From positions 185-64,184 of the forward strand of contig NZ_DATJCY010000077.1 in NCBI RefSeq assembly GCF_035577925.1: a DNA stretch of 64,000 nt, written 5' to 3'. The position numbers were made by a program, and so were the translations under genes. Each line of letters opens with the position of its first letter. Position 1 is the first letter of the stretch. Source of the DNA: Gelidibacter sp. (GTDB lineage Bacteria; Bacteroidota; Bacteroidia; Flavobacteriales; Flavobacteriaceae). This document shows, piece after piece, positions 19,091 to 29,855 of this stretch. Under the pieces are notes generated by a model that worked only from the letters and a program-made list of their open reading frames with translations, was not told where the DNA came from and searched no databases.

Positions 19091-19117
19091 AAAAAAACCC
19101 TCAACTAAGAGGGCTTT
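19091..19117 (-). terminator. Intrinsic terminator after the DUF1573 gene
   Basis: Minus strand aaagccctc-ttagtt-gaggg-ttttttt. Confidence 0.75.
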
Positions 19118-19162
19118 CAAATTATTTAAACAAGAGTATAGGCATTAAAACCGGCTCTTTTT

Positions 19163-19552
19163 TTAAAGATTCGTTTTTTGGACAACTTCACCTTTAATCT
19201 TAAGTGCTACAATAGGCGTGTCGGCATTAGAAACTACTGTAATGGTTTTTCTTATCGGATTAACAAGTTGCGTGTCATATTTTACTTCTATTTCACCTTT
19301 TTCGCCGGGAAGAATTGGTTTTTCAGGTTTTTTAGGAATTGTACAACCACAAGTTGAAGTGACTCTAGTGATAATTAATGGGGCTGTACCTGTATTTGTA
19401 AATTCAAAAACACGAACGCCATTAGCTCCTTTTTCAATTGTGCCATAATCAATGACGTCAGTTTTAAATTGAATCTTAGCGACTTTTTCTTGTGCATAAA
19501 CAGAAACGCCTAACATTCCTACAAATAACATTACTACTAAATTTTTCATCAT
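19163..19552 (-). CDS. DUF1573 domain secreted protein
   Basis: Signal peptide; DYGTI...FEFTNTGTAPLII...STCGCTIP...PILPGEKGEIEVKYDT Ig-like signature. Confidence 0.88.
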   Translation of the reverse strand: MMKNLVVMLFVGMLGVSVYAQEKVAKIQFKTDVIDYGTIEKGANGVRVFEFTNTGTAPLIITRVTSTCGCTIPKKPEKPILPGEKGEIEVKYDTQLVNPIRKTITVVSNADTPIVALKIKGEVVQKTNL

Positions 19553-19701
19553 TTTATGTTTTAAATTGATTAAATCAAAATTAGTTACTTTTAATTAGTT
19601 CACAAAATTTTTTAGTTGAACTGCATTATTCTTTTAAAAATCGGAGTCTGAATTTAGATGAATATTTGTTTTTATAATTTCACTCAAAACAGAAATATAA
19701 G

Positions 19702-19709
19702 TAACTTTG
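19702..19709 (+). promoter_or_regulatory. sigmaA -7 element TAACTTTG (valS)
   Basis: Matches TAnnTTTG, 31 bp upstream of ATG 19740. Confidence 0.6.
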
Positions 19710-19739
19710 CAGGTTATTATACAAAAACAGTACCAAAGT

Positions 19740-22370
19740 ATGCATATTCCAACAAAATACTCCGCTTCATATGTAGAGGATAAATGGTATTCCTATTGGA
19801 TGGAACACAATTATTTTAAGTCGGTTCCTGATGAAAGAGAACCTTACACAATTGTTATTCCGCCACCAAACGTTACCGGAGTTTTGCACATGGGGCATAT
19901 GCTCAACAATACCATTCAGGATGTGCTTATCCGTCGTGCACGTTTACAAGGTAAAAATGCGTGCTGGGTGCCGGGTACCGACCATGCCTCAATAGCCACC
20001 GAAGCAAAAGTTGTTGCCAAGCTTAAAGAACAAGGTATTGACAAAAGTTCATTGTCGCGCGAGGAGTTTTTGAGTCATGCTTGGGAATGGACTCATGAAT
20101 ATGGCGGTGTTATTTTAGAACAATTAAAAAAATTAGGATGTTCATGCGATTGGGATCGTACTAAATTTACGATGGATCATGAAATGAGCGAATCCGTGAT
20201 TGCTGTTTTTGTCGATCTGTATAATAAAGGATTGATTTATCGGGGTTACCGCATGGTCAATTGGGATCCTGAAGCCAAGACCACATTGTCTGATGAAGAG
20301 GTGATCCATATTGAGCGCACCGATAAATTGTACTATGTAAAGTATCAAATTGAAAACGAAGATGGTTTTGTAACCATCGCTACGACACGCCCAGAAACCA
20401 TCTTGGGAGATACTGCTGTTTGCGTAAACCCTAATGATGAGCGTTTTAAACATTTGGTTGGAAAAAATGTCATTGTACCTATTTGCAACAGGGTCGTTCC
20501 TATTATTGCAGATGATTATGTAGATATGGAATTTGGTACAGGATGTCTGAAAATTACACCTGCACACGATGTTAATGATAAAGAAATTGGTGATCGGCAC
20601 CATTTGGAAGTCATCGATATTTTAAATGAAGACGCAACCTTAAACAATTTTGGTTTGCATCATCAAGGAAAAGATAGGGTAGTGGCTCGAAATGATGTTG
20701 CGCAAGAATTGAAGGATTTGGGCATTCTTGATAAAACTGAAGATATTGTCCATAAAGTCGGCACAAGTGAGCGTACCAAAGCGGTGATAGAACCGCGTCT
20801 TTCCGATCAGTGGTTTTTGAAAATGGAAGAGTTGGCAAAACCCGCTATTAAAGCCGTTTTGGAAGATGAAGAGGTGAAATTATTTCCTAAACGATTTAAT
20901 AATACCTATCGCCATTGGATGGAAAATATCCGTGATTGGAATATTTCACGTCAGCTACTTTGGGGACAGCAAATTCCTGCCTATTTCTATGGCGAAGGGA
21001 AAAATGATTTTGTGGTGGCGCAAAACATTAAGAAAGCCCTAATATTAGCCCGAGAAAAAACAAATAATCCAGAACTTACTATTGATGATTTAAAGCAAGA
21101 TGAAGATGCTTTGGATACTTGGTTTTCGTCATGGATTTGGCCAATAAGTGTTTTTGATGGCATTCGTCATCCCAATAATCCAGAAATAGAATATTATTAT
21201 CCCACCAACGATTTGGTCACCGGACCGGATATTCTGTTCTTTTGGGTAGCGCGAATGATCATTTCTGGTTATGAATACCGAAATGAACGACCGTTTCAAA
21301 ACGTTTACCTCACTGGATTGGTGCGTGATAAACAACGTCGAAAAATGAGCAAATCCTTGGGGAATTCTCCAGATGCTCTAAAATTGATTACGGATTATAG
21401 TGCCGATGGTGTTCGTGTGGGATTATTGCTGAGTTCGGCGGCCGGAAACGATTTGATGTTTGATGAAGAATTGTGCAATCAAGGAAAAGGTTTTGCAAAC
21501 AAAATCTGGAATGCCTTCCGATTGGTAAAAGGTTGGGAAATTGCTGAAATAGCTCAACCAGAAGCTTCAAAAATTGCCATTGAATGGTACCAAGCAAGAT
21601 TTCAGCAAGCGTTCTCGGAAATTGAAGATCATTATAGCAAATACAGATTGTCTGATGCGCTTATGGGAATTTACAAGTTGGTTTGGGATGATTTCTGTTC
21701 GTGGTTATTGGAAATCATCAAACCGGAATATAAACAACCTATCGATTCAAAAACATTTAATAGTGTAATTGAAATTTTTGAATCCAATTTAAAACTGCTT
21801 CATCCATTTATGCCTTTTTTAACGGAAGAAATCTGGCATTTTATTGCTGAACGTACGCCCGAAGAGGCCTTGATTGTTGCTAAATATCCGGAGATTCAAC
21901 CATTTGATGCACAATTAATTTCTGATTTTGAACTAGTAAAAGAGGTGGTTTCAGGAATACGAACTATTAGGAAGGATAAAAATATTTCCTTTAAAGACAG
22001 TATTGAACTGTCATTTATCAATAATGAAAATCTACCTGAAAGTTATAATTCGGTTATTGCAAAGATGGGAAATGTATCCACAATAACATCTGTTAATGAA
22101 GCTGTTGATGGCGCCTTAAGTTTCAGGGTCCATTCCAATGAATATTTTATTCCTATTTCTGGAGCTATTAATGTTGAAGAAGAAATCAAAAAACTGAATG
22201 ACGAATTAAAATATACGGAAGGTTTCTTGAAATCAGTTCAAAATAAGTTGGCCAATGAGCGTTTTGTAAATAATGCACCAGCACAAGTTTTGCAAAATGA
22301 ACGTAATAAGGAGGCCGATGCATTAGCTAAAATAGAAACACTTAAAGCTAGCTTGGCGAACTTGACATAG
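19740..22370 (+). CDS. valS: Valine--tRNA ligase
   Basis: [13 protein letters not shown] (HIGH), [14 protein letters not shown]-terminal coiled coil. Start ATG 19740 preferred over TTG 19707. Confidence 0.97.
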   Translation: MHIPTKYSASYVEDKWYSYWMEHNYFKSVPDEREPYTIVIPPPNVTGVLHMGHMLNNTIQDVLIRRARLQGKNACWVPGTDHASIATEAKVVAKLKEQGIDKSSLSREEFLSHAWEWTHEYGGVILEQLKKLGCSCDWDRTKFTMDHEMSESVIAVFVDLYNKGLIYRGYRMVNWDPEAKTTLSDEEVIHIERTDKLYYVKYQIENEDGFVTIATTRPETILGDTAVCVNPNDERFKHLVGKNVIVPICNRVVPIIADDYVDMEFGTGCLKITPAHDVNDKEIGDRHHLEVIDILNEDATLNNFGLHHQGKDRVVARNDVAQELKDLGILDKTEDIVHKVGTSERTKAVIEPRLSDQWFLKMEELAKPAIKAVLEDEEVKLFPKRFNNTYRHWMENIRDWNISRQLLWGQQIPAYFYGEGKNDFVVAQNIKKALILAREKTNNPELTIDDLKQDEDALDTWFSSWIWPISVFDGIRHPNNPEIEYYYPTNDLVTGPDILFFWVARMIISGYEYRNERPFQNVYLTGLVRDKQRRKMSKSLGNSPDALKLITDYSADGVRVGLLLSSAAGNDLMFDEELCNQGKGFANKIWNAFRLVKGWEIAEIAQPEASKIAIEWYQARFQQAFSEIEDHYSKYRLSDALMGIYKLVWDDFCSWLLEIIKPEYKQPIDSKTFNSVIEIFESNLKLLHPFMPFLTEEIWHFIAERTPEEALIVAKYPEIQPFDAQLISDFELVKEVVSGIRTIRKDKNISFKDSIELSFINNENLPESYNSVIAKMGNVSTITSVNEAVDGALSFRVHSNEYFIPISGAINVEEEIKKLNDELKYTEGFLKSVQNKLANERFVNNAPAQVLQNERNKEADALAKIETLKASLANLT

Positions 22371-22430
22371 AAGAAATCGTTTTGTGCTATTTGTAAAGTT
22401 AGATTTTGGGTGGATTTTTAAATGATGATT

Positions 22431-23708
22431 TTACCATTCATTAATTCTGTTAGAATCTAACTTAACAAAAATAAACAGCAAAATGGTAAATGCCCAAAGT
22501 GCAGAACCGCCATAGCTAAAAAACGGAAGTGGAATACCGATAGTTGGAATAAGTCCCATGACCATGCCAATATTGATCATAAAATGGATGAATAGGATGG
22601 AGGCCACACAATACCCATAAATACGGCTGAATTGTGATTTTTGCAATTCGGCCAAATATAAAATCCGGAGGAGCAGCGCAACAAAAAGCAGGACGACCAA
22701 CGCACTGCCCATAAAGCCCCATTCTTCGCCCACGGTGCTAAAAATATAATCGGTATGTTGCTCAGGAACAAATTTACCGGTCGTTCTAGTGCCTTGTAAA
22801 AAACCTTTTCCTGTCAAACCTCCAGAGCTTATTGCTTTTTCAGATTCGTGCAAGTTATAAAGGATGGTTTGTTTCATTTCATGAAGTGCATCTGGATCGC
22901 GCTCTAGCCTTAACCAAATGCCTATTCTGTCTTTTTGATGGACTTGTAAAATAGAATTATAAAAATATTTAACTCCAAAAGACACCACAATACATGCTAA
23001 AAGAATGGCGATAGGTTGAACAATATTTGGACGTTTTTTTTGTCCAAAATAGTGATGTCCAAAAATTAAAATGGCCGAAACCATAACTGCAACTGTCACA
23101 TTAAATTTAAGGGCCAATATTGATAGCATAATTAAGAAGACGGCAATGACAAGGTATATTTGCTGTAAACCTTCTCTATAAAATACAAAAAAGAAAGCCG
23201 CATAAACCACGGTGCTACCAGCATCATTTTGTAGTAAGATGAGCATGGCGGGTACCACAATAATACCAACGGTTTTAAGTTGATCTTTAAAAGTTTTCAT
23301 GTTGGTTTGAAGATCGCTCATATATTTTGCAACGGCTAGGGACGTTGCAAATTTTGCAAACTCACTGGGCTGCAATGTCATTCCTCCAATGGAATACCAC
23401 GCTGTGGCACCATTGACGTTTTTTCCGAAAATGAATAATCCTGCCAGCGAAATGAGTGATACAATATAAAAAACACTCGCAAAGCGTTCATAGAATTTAG
23501 CGTCCAAAGCTAAAACAAGAATGACTAAAACAAAAGTTAGTATAATGAATACCAATTGTTTTCCATAAGGTTGGCTGGTATCAAAATAACTCGTTATTTC
23601 TCCAGAATGGGAGGCCGATATAATGTTGAGCCATCCAAAACCAAGGAGCAACAAAAATAGGACAATGATGATCCAATCAAAATTTAATCCTCTATGATCT
23701 CTTTGCAT
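22431..23708 (-). CDS. rodA: Rod shape-determining SEDS glycosyltransferase RodA
   Basis: LQPSEFAK, LLQNDAGS, FVPEQHTDYIFS, GEEWGF, GIPLPFFSYGGS; follows PBP2. Confidence 0.95.
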   Translation of the reverse strand: MQRDHRGLNFDWIIIVLFLLLLGFGWLNIISASHSGEITSYFDTSQPYGKQLVFIILTFVLVILVLALDAKFYERFASVFYIVSLISLAGLFIFGKNVNGATAWYSIGGMTLQPSEFAKFATSLAVAKYMSDLQTNMKTFKDQLKTVGIIVVPAMLILLQNDAGSTVVYAAFFFVFYREGLQQIYLVIAVFLIMLSILALKFNVTVAVMVSAILIFGHHYFGQKKRPNIVQPIAILLACIVVSFGVKYFYNSILQVHQKDRIGIWLRLERDPDALHEMKQTILYNLHESEKAISSGGLTGKGFLQGTRTTGKFVPEQHTDYIFSTVGEEWGFMGSALVVLLFVALLLRILYLAELQKSQFSRIYGYCVASILFIHFMINIGMVMGLIPTIGIPLPFFSYGGSALWAFTILLFIFVKLDSNRINEW

Positions 23709-25652
23709 TTAGTTTAACTTAAATGGTGATGGTGCATTAATTGGATTTGATGTTGTATCCGGCTTTATCTTATCAATAACCTGTAATGCCGATTCTCTAT
23801 TAATGCCAAATGGTTTTCCTGAATAAGGTTTCGCATATTCATTTTCTAAACTATGCGTTAAAATCCAGTTTTCCATAGCGGTCATTGTGACGTTTCCTTT
23901 AATATATTTCTCGATCATCAAACTGGCTATACGACCAGCAAACCGACTTCCCCAGTAACCATTTTCAACAAAAACCGCAATGGCAATTTTTGGATCGTCT
24001 TTTGGCGCAAAAGCTACAAAAATCGAATGGTCAGTTAATTGAGTGGTCTTTCCATCGATCTTCATAAAGTTTTCAGCAGTACCGGTTTTACCACAAATGT
24101 CAATACCAGGCACTCTAAGGGTAGCGGCTGTTCCTACATTATAAGCATCAAACATGCCTTGAACAATAGGTTCAAAATGTTCTTTGTCGATAGTGGTATA
24201 GTTGGGCGTTGTATATTTTTTGTCAATTTCGCCACCTTCAATTTGTTTGATAATGTGCGGTGTGTAAAAATAGCCACGATTACTGATAGCTGCTACCATG
24301 TTAGCCAATTGAATTGGTGTGGCAACAACTTCACCTTGACCAATAGAATTAGAAATATTGTAGGTGGACGACCAGCGGTTTGCGCCATACCATTTGTCAT
24401 AAAAATCACCATCAGGAATATGTCCTTTATTTCCAATTTTAAGGTCGTAGCCTAAATAATTACCCAATCCAAAACTTTTCACATGATTGCTCCATACATC
24501 CATGCCTTCTTTTGGTTTGGCATATTTTTCTATAATACGGCGATAGACATTTACAAAATAAGCATTGCAAGATTGTGCAATACCGGTATTCATGGCCAAT
24601 GGACTAGCATGGCTGTGACATCCTGTCAAACGTCTGTTTCCTAAATAATACCCGTGCCTACACGTAAATTGTTCTTGAGTGGTCACCACCTTTTCCTGGA
24701 GGCCTATCAATGCAGTTAATACTTTAAAGGGCGATCCTGGTGGGTATTGTGCTTGTAAACTTCGGTCATAGAGTGGTTTTGCAATCGTATCGTTATATAA
24801 CTTGGAAAAATTTCTGGAGCGCTGTCTTCCAACCAACAAATTGGGATTATAAGATGGTGCCGAAACCATGGCAAGAATCTCTCCCGAACTTGGTTCTATG
24901 GCAATAATACCACCGTGTTTTTGGGTCATTAAAAGTTCACCGTATTTCTGCAGTTCAGAATCAATGGTAATGCTGATATCTTTTCCTGGAACTGGTAAAG
25001 TGTCATAAATACCTTCTTTATAAGGGCCGATATCTCGGTTAAATCTGTCTTTTTGGATGAATTTAATTCCTTTTACACCACGTAATACTTCTTCATAAGA
25101 CAATTCAACACCTTGTTTTCCTATTAAATCTCCACTTTTATAATAAGGATCGTTTTCAATGATATAATTGTTGACTTCTCCAATATCTCCCAAAACATTC
25201 GCTCCAATATTAGTTTGATAATCTCTCAAAGACCGTTTCTGAATATAGAAACCTTCATATTTGCGTATTTTTTCCTGCAAAACGGCATATTCAATTCTTG
25301 ACAGCTGAGGTATAAATACAGATGGCAATCGGGGTGAATAGCGGTAGGCTTTATTGTAGAAGTTGATAAAATCTTCTTTTGTAATTTTTAAAAGATTACA
25401 AAATTCCAAAGTATCCATTTCTTTTACTTCCCTAGGGATGAACATCACATCATAAGATGGTTGGTTGGCAACGAGCAATTTGCCGTTTCTGTCATAAACG
25501 TAACCTCGTTTTGGATAATCATAGACTTTTCTGATGGCATTGTCATCTAGCAAGCTATAGGAATCTTCATTGTACACTTGCAGATAAAACAAGCGTGCAA
25601 TAAAAACCAAGCCCACAAAAACTATAGTTAAAAGAAGGAGCAGTTTTCTCAT
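23709..25652 (-). CDS. mrdA: Penicillin-binding protein 2
   Basis: PKRGYVYDRNG, PGSPFK (SxxK), SCN (SxN), KTGTAE (KTG). Confidence 0.95.
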   Translation of the reverse strand: MRKLLLLLTIVFVGLVFIARLFYLQVYNEDSYSLLDDNAIRKVYDYPKRGYVYDRNGKLLVANQPSYDVMFIPREVKEMDTLEFCNLLKITKEDFINFYNKAYRYSPRLPSVFIPQLSRIEYAVLQEKIRKYEGFYIQKRSLRDYQTNIGANVLGDIGEVNNYIIENDPYYKSGDLIGKQGVELSYEEVLRGVKGIKFIQKDRFNRDIGPYKEGIYDTLPVPGKDISITIDSELQKYGELLMTQKHGGIIAIEPSSGEILAMVSAPSYNPNLLVGRQRSRNFSKLYNDTIAKPLYDRSLQAQYPPGSPFKVLTALIGLQEKVVTTQEQFTCRHGYYLGNRRLTGCHSHASPLAMNTGIAQSCNAYFVNVYRRIIEKYAKPKEGMDVWSNHVKSFGLGNYLGYDLKIGNKGHIPDGDFYDKWYGANRWSSTYNISNSIGQGEVVATPIQLANMVAAISNRGYFYTPHIIKQIEGGEIDKKYTTPNYTTIDKEHFEPIVQGMFDAYNVGTAATLRVPGIDICGKTGTAENFMKIDGKTTQLTDHSIFVAFAPKDDPKIAIAVFVENGYWGSRFAGRIASLMIEKYIKGNVTMTAMENWILTHSLENEYAKPYSGKPFGINRESALQVIDKIKPDTTSNPINAPSPFKLN

Positions 25653-26155
25653 TTACGTTTTTGACTAAAAAGAATTGTGATTATTAGACAAAGAATAATA
25701 GTGAAAATCCCAGAGAATAATGTGTTTTTAAGTATTAAAATTATTTTGGAAATGTTAAAAATTTCGAGTGAAAACAGGATCAGATGATGGATAAAAATCA
25801 TTGCCGAAAAATACGTCAGTTTACTTCCAAAATCGATCTGGTCAAATTTCACCGATTGATAGTCATACACGGTTCCAAAAGTGAATTTTAGAAACACAGG
25901 TCTTATATACGCAATGATCACGCAGGCCGCAGCATGTATGCCTCCCGAATCTGAAAATACATCTATACACAAACCAAGCAAAAATGCAAGAAACACAAAT
26001 GCCGTTCGGTTGCTGTTTGCCGGATATAAAATAATAAATAAAATATAGATATAAGGGTTGATATGGCCCATGAAATTGATCCGGTTAAAGATCAATGCCT
26101 GTAACAAAACCAGAATGATAAACCTTGCGGCCATGTTTAGGGTAATCTTAGTCAT
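25649..26155 (-). CDS. mreD: Rod shape-determining protein MreD
   Basis: Hydrophobic 168 aa with FLLGLCIDVFSDSGGIHAAA; between mreC and mrdA. Confidence 0.9.
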   Translation of the reverse strand: MTKITLNMAARFIILVLLQALIFNRINFMGHINPYIYILFIILYPANSNRTAFVFLAFLLGLCIDVFSDSGGIHAAACVIIAYIRPVFLKFTFGTVYDYQSVKFDQIDFGSKLTYFSAMIFIHHLILFSLEIFNISKIILILKNTLFSGIFTIILCLIITILFSQKRK

Positions 26156-26972
26156 CTCTAGGTTTTTGTAATGATTTTATCTCTGGAGCTTGTAAGTTTT
26201 CAATAACATAGACATGGCCAATATTGGTCATGTCGTTAAACAACTTTACGTTTACGATGTAAGTATCACCACCTGTATCAAGCTTGTAGGAGTCTATAGT
26301 GCCTATTAAAATGCCTTTTGGGAAAATAGTAGATTGTCCACCTGTTATGATAGTGTCGCCAATTGTAACTGGTGCGAATTTTGAAATATCAATAAGTTGG
26401 GCAAGTTCTGTGGATTCTGTATCCCACACCAAAGAACCGATATGATTGGTCTTTTTTAACTGTGCATTTATTCGGCTTCGGGTGTTTAAAATGGATAGAA
26501 CGGAAGAAAAATTGTTAGATGTGTTTTCAATAATTCCAACAATTCCTTTCGATGTAACCACACCTTGGTCTATTTTGATACTGTCTTTTTTTCCTTTATT
26601 TATAGTGAGATAATTGGTCGTTTGAGAATAACTATTTTTATAAACATCGGCCGTCCTAAATCTAAAATGCTCATTTAATATCAAACTGTCTTTTAAATGA
26701 TGGGTTATGGTGTCCACGCCCCAATTGTGAACAATCGATTTCAACATTCGGTTTTCTTCCAAGAGTGCTGAATTTTCTTTTCTTAAATTGAAGTACTGTC
26801 CAATACCGTTGGAAAATTGGTACAACGTTCCTGTAACTGCATTTGAGGAATTGATGAATTTACTTTTGTGATACGAATGTGATTGAATAGTTAAAAACAA
26901 AGACAATCCAAGCAGCAACAAAAACACAAGAAAAGTTTTGTTCCTAAGTACAAAGTTTATGATTTGTTGCAT
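26148..26972 (-). CDS. mreC: Rod shape-determining protein MreC
   Basis: TM, coiled coil LRKENSALLEEN, LTINKG, GIVGII, TIITGG...FPKGILIG. Confidence 0.93.
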   Translation of the reverse strand: MQQIINFVLRNKTFLVFLLLLGLSLFLTIQSHSYHKSKFINSSNAVTGTLYQFSNGIGQYFNLRKENSALLEENRMLKSIVHNWGVDTITHHLKDSLILNEHFRFRTADVYKNSYSQTTNYLTINKGKKDSIKIDQGVVTSKGIVGIIENTSNNFSSVLSILNTRSRINAQLKKTNHIGSLVWDTESTELAQLIDISKFAPVTIGDTIITGGQSTIFPKGILIGTIDSYKLDTGGDTYIVNVKLFNDMTNIGHVYVIENLQAPEIKSLQKPRDD

Positions 26973-26981
26973 TCGGGTTCA

Positions 26982-28010
26982 CTATTTTATCAGGATACTC
27001 TTGAATTTTGGAAGGTTTTTTAATACAATACCTGTTCCTCTTACAACAGCTCTCAAAGGATCTTCGGCAATATAAACAGGCAAATCTGTTTTTTGTGACA
27101 GACGTTTGTCTAAACCTCTTAACATTGACCCTCCTCCAGCAAGATAAATTCCGGTATTGTAAATGTCGGCAGCCAGTTCTGGCGGTGTTTGCGACAAGGT
27201 TTCCATAACCGAATCTTCAATACGTAAAATAGATTTATCGAGCGCTTTTGCAATTTCACGATAAGAAATTTGAACCTGTTTAGGTTTTCCTGTTAAAAGG
27301 TCACGACCTTGAACACTCATTTCATCTGGCGGTAATTCCAAATCTTCAGTAGCAGCTCCGATTTGGATTTTAATTTTTTCTGCGGTGCGCTCTCCAACAT
27401 ATAAGTTGTGCTGTGTACGCATATAATAAACAATATCGTTGGTAAATACATCACCAGCCACTTTAACCGATTTATCACATACAATCCCGCCTAATGCAAT
27501 TACTGCAATTTCGGTAGTACCACCTCCTATGTCCACAATCATATTTCCCTTGGGTTGCATGATATCAATACCAATACCAATTGCTGCAGCCATAGGTTCG
27601 TGGATCAAATATACTTCCTTCCCATTAACACGCTCACAAGATTCTTTAACAGCACGCATTTCAACTTCTGTAATTCCAGAAGGAATACAAACAACCATTC
27701 GTAATGCTGGCGTAAAAAACTTTTTCTTTAAGGCAGGAATGTTTTTAATAAACAAATTGATCATTTGCTCAGAGGCATCAAAATCAGCAATAACCCCATC
27801 TTTTAAAGGTCGAATGGTTTTAATGTTCTCATGTGTTTTACCCTGCATCATATTGGCTTCTTTACCAACGGCAATTATTTTTCCTGAAATTCGGTCTCTT
27901 GCAACAATTGAAGGACTATCTACAACCACTTTATCGTTGTGAATAATTAATGTGTTGGCAGTTCCTAAATCTATGGCTATTTCCTCAGTTAAGAAGTCAA
28001 AAAATCCCAT
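26982..28010 (-). CDS. mreB: Actin-like rod shape protein MreB
   Basis: IAIDLGTANT, PLKDGVIADF, VDIGGGTTE, LAGGGSML. Confidence 0.97.
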   Translation of the reverse strand: MGFFDFLTEEIAIDLGTANTLIIHNDKVVVDSPSIVARDRISGKIIAVGKEANMMQGKTHENIKTIRPLKDGVIADFDASEQMINLFIKNIPALKKKFFTPALRMVVCIPSGITEVEMRAVKESCERVNGKEVYLIHEPMAAAIGIGIDIMQPKGNMIVDIGGGTTEIAVIALGGIVCDKSVKVAGDVFTNDIVYYMRTQHNLYVGERTAEKIKIQIGAATEDLELPPDEMSVQGRDLLTGKPKQVQISYREIAKALDKSILRIEDSVMETLSQTPPELAADIYNTGIYLAGGGSMLRGLDKRLSQKTDLPVYIAEDPLRAVVRGTGIVLKNLPKFKSILIK

Positions 28011-28120
28011 GTGTGTTATTGATTGTTTAGGTTGATGATTCGTTTGTTTTTGATATTGTTGTAAATGTAATAAAACTTCATAAATATAAAGGGTTTATTA
28101 CAAATGTGTTTTTTTGTCTT

Positions 28121-29650
28121 TTAATGTTTAAAATGACGTGTTCCTGTCATTACCATAGCCATATTATTGGCATTGCAATAATCCACACTCAAATCGTCTT
28201 TAATAGAACCTCCAGGTTGGATTACAGCTGTAATACCCGCGTTTTTTGCAATTTCCACACAATCAGGGAACGGAAAAAAAGCATCACTAGCCATCACTGC
28301 ACCTTTCAAATCAAAATTAAATGACTGTGCTTTATGGATGGCTTGGTTAAGCGCATCCACACGACTGGTTTGTCCGGTTCCGCTAGCGCACAATTGTTGG
28401 TTTTTAACTAATACAATTGTGTTCGATTTGGTGTGTTTGCAAATTTTTGAAGCGAATATTAAATCTTCTAACTCATTTTGAGTAGGTTTATTGTTGGTCG
28501 AATAGGTTAAATCTGAAATAGCATCCGTAATATTATCTCTATCTTGAACCAAAATTCCGTTCAAACAAGTTCTAACCGTTGTTTGCGAAAGTTCTACGTC
28601 TTTTTGTACCAATAAAATTCTGTTTTTCTTACTTTCTAGAATTTCTCTCGCTTCCGCAGAAAAGCTAGGAGCTATGACCACTTCACAAAATAAACTATTG
28701 ATTTCTTGAGCAGTTGTTTCGTCAATTTCGGTATTGGCAATTAAAATACCACCAAACGCCGAAACTGGATCGCCAGCCAAAGCATCTACATAAGCTTGGT
28801 GCAAGGTTGGACGTTGTGCAAATCCGCAGGCATTATTATGTTTTAAAATAGCAAATGTTGGCGCTTCACCTTTAAATTCGTTCATTAAATTAACAGCGGC
28901 ATCAACATCTAATAAGTTGTTATAGCTTAATTCCTTACCATGAAGTTGATCGAACATCGCATTAAAATCGCCATAGAAATATCCTTTTTGATGTGGGTTT
29001 TCGCCATAACGAAGTTCTTTACCATTAGTTTCACTAATTTTTAAAACCGTTTCTTGCTGATCGCTATTGAAATAGTTGAAAATAGAGGTGTCATAATGTG
29101 ACGACACATTAAACGCCTTGGCCGCAAAACGTTTTCTGTCTGCGCTTGTGGTCTCACCTTTCTTGGATTGTAACAATTCCAAAAACTCGGCATAATCATC
29201 AACTGAGGCTACACAAACCACGTCTTCATAGTTTTTGGCTGCAGCTCTGATCAAAGAAATTCCGCCAATATCTATTTTTTCAATAATATCTTCATGACTT
29301 GAACCTGACGCTACGGTTTTTTCAAATGGATATAAGTCCACGATGACCAAATCAATTTGTGGGATATTGTAGTCTGCCAATTCTGAAATGTCTTGGGCAT
29401 TATTTTGACGGTTCAAAATGCCACCAAAAATTTTTGGATGCAATGTTTTGACACGTCCGCCCAAAATAGAAGGATAAGAAGTTACCTTTTCTACAGGAAT
29501 AACGTTGATGTTTAGTGCTTTAATAAAGCTTTCAGTGCCTCCGGTAGAATAAATCGTAACGCCTAACCGGTCTAATTCTTTAACAATAGGTTCTAATCCG
29601 TCTTTACTGAAAACAGAAATTAAGGCAGTTGAAATGGTTTTGTTATTCAT
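28121..29650 (-). CDS. purH: Bifunctional AICAR transformylase/IMP cyclohydrolase
   Basis: STGGT, GGRVKTLHP, IDIGG, LRYGENPHQ, KHNNACG, GQTSRVD, ASDAFFPF, QPGGS. Confidence 0.97.
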   Translation of the reverse strand: MNNKTISTALISVFSKDGLEPIVKELDRLGVTIYSTGGTESFIKALNINVIPVEKVTSYPSILGGRVKTLHPKIFGGILNRQNNAQDISELADYNIPQIDLVIVDLYPFEKTVASGSSHEDIIEKIDIGGISLIRAAAKNYEDVVCVASVDDYAEFLELLQSKKGETTSADRKRFAAKAFNVSSHYDTSIFNYFNSDQQETVLKISETNGKELRYGENPHQKGYFYGDFNAMFDQLHGKELSYNNLLDVDAAVNLMNEFKGEAPTFAILKHNNACGFAQRPTLHQAYVDALAGDPVSAFGGILIANTEIDETTAQEINSLFCEVVIAPSFSAEAREILESKKNRILLVQKDVELSQTTVRTCLNGILVQDRDNITDAISDLTYSTNNKPTQNELEDLIFASKICKHTKSNTIVLVKNQQLCASGTGQTSRVDALNQAIHKAQSFNFDLKGAVMASDAFFPFPDCVEIAKNAGITAVIQPGGSIKDDLSVDYCNANNMAMVMTGTRHFKH

Positions 29651-29734
29651 GGTGTTGTGTGTTTGTTTTAGCTTTATTTATGATAAAAGCCTATGAGAAA
29701 AATAATATTTAGTAAAAAAGTGATTTTTAAAGTG

Positions 29735-29742
29735 CAAAAGTA
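29735..29742 (-). promoter_or_regulatory. sigmaA -7 element TACTTTTG (purH)
   Basis: CAAAAGTA on + strand; a divergent TAAATTTG at 29828-29835 would serve the ABC permease gene. Confidence 0.5.
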
Positions 29743-29855
29743 CATATTCTTCAAGACAATTAAAGACAAGATCCTAGAGTTTATTTATGTTTTTTGTAAC
29801 AAAAAAATATTAAAAACGTCCTATCTTTAAATTTGTTTTAAAACACCAAGAATCG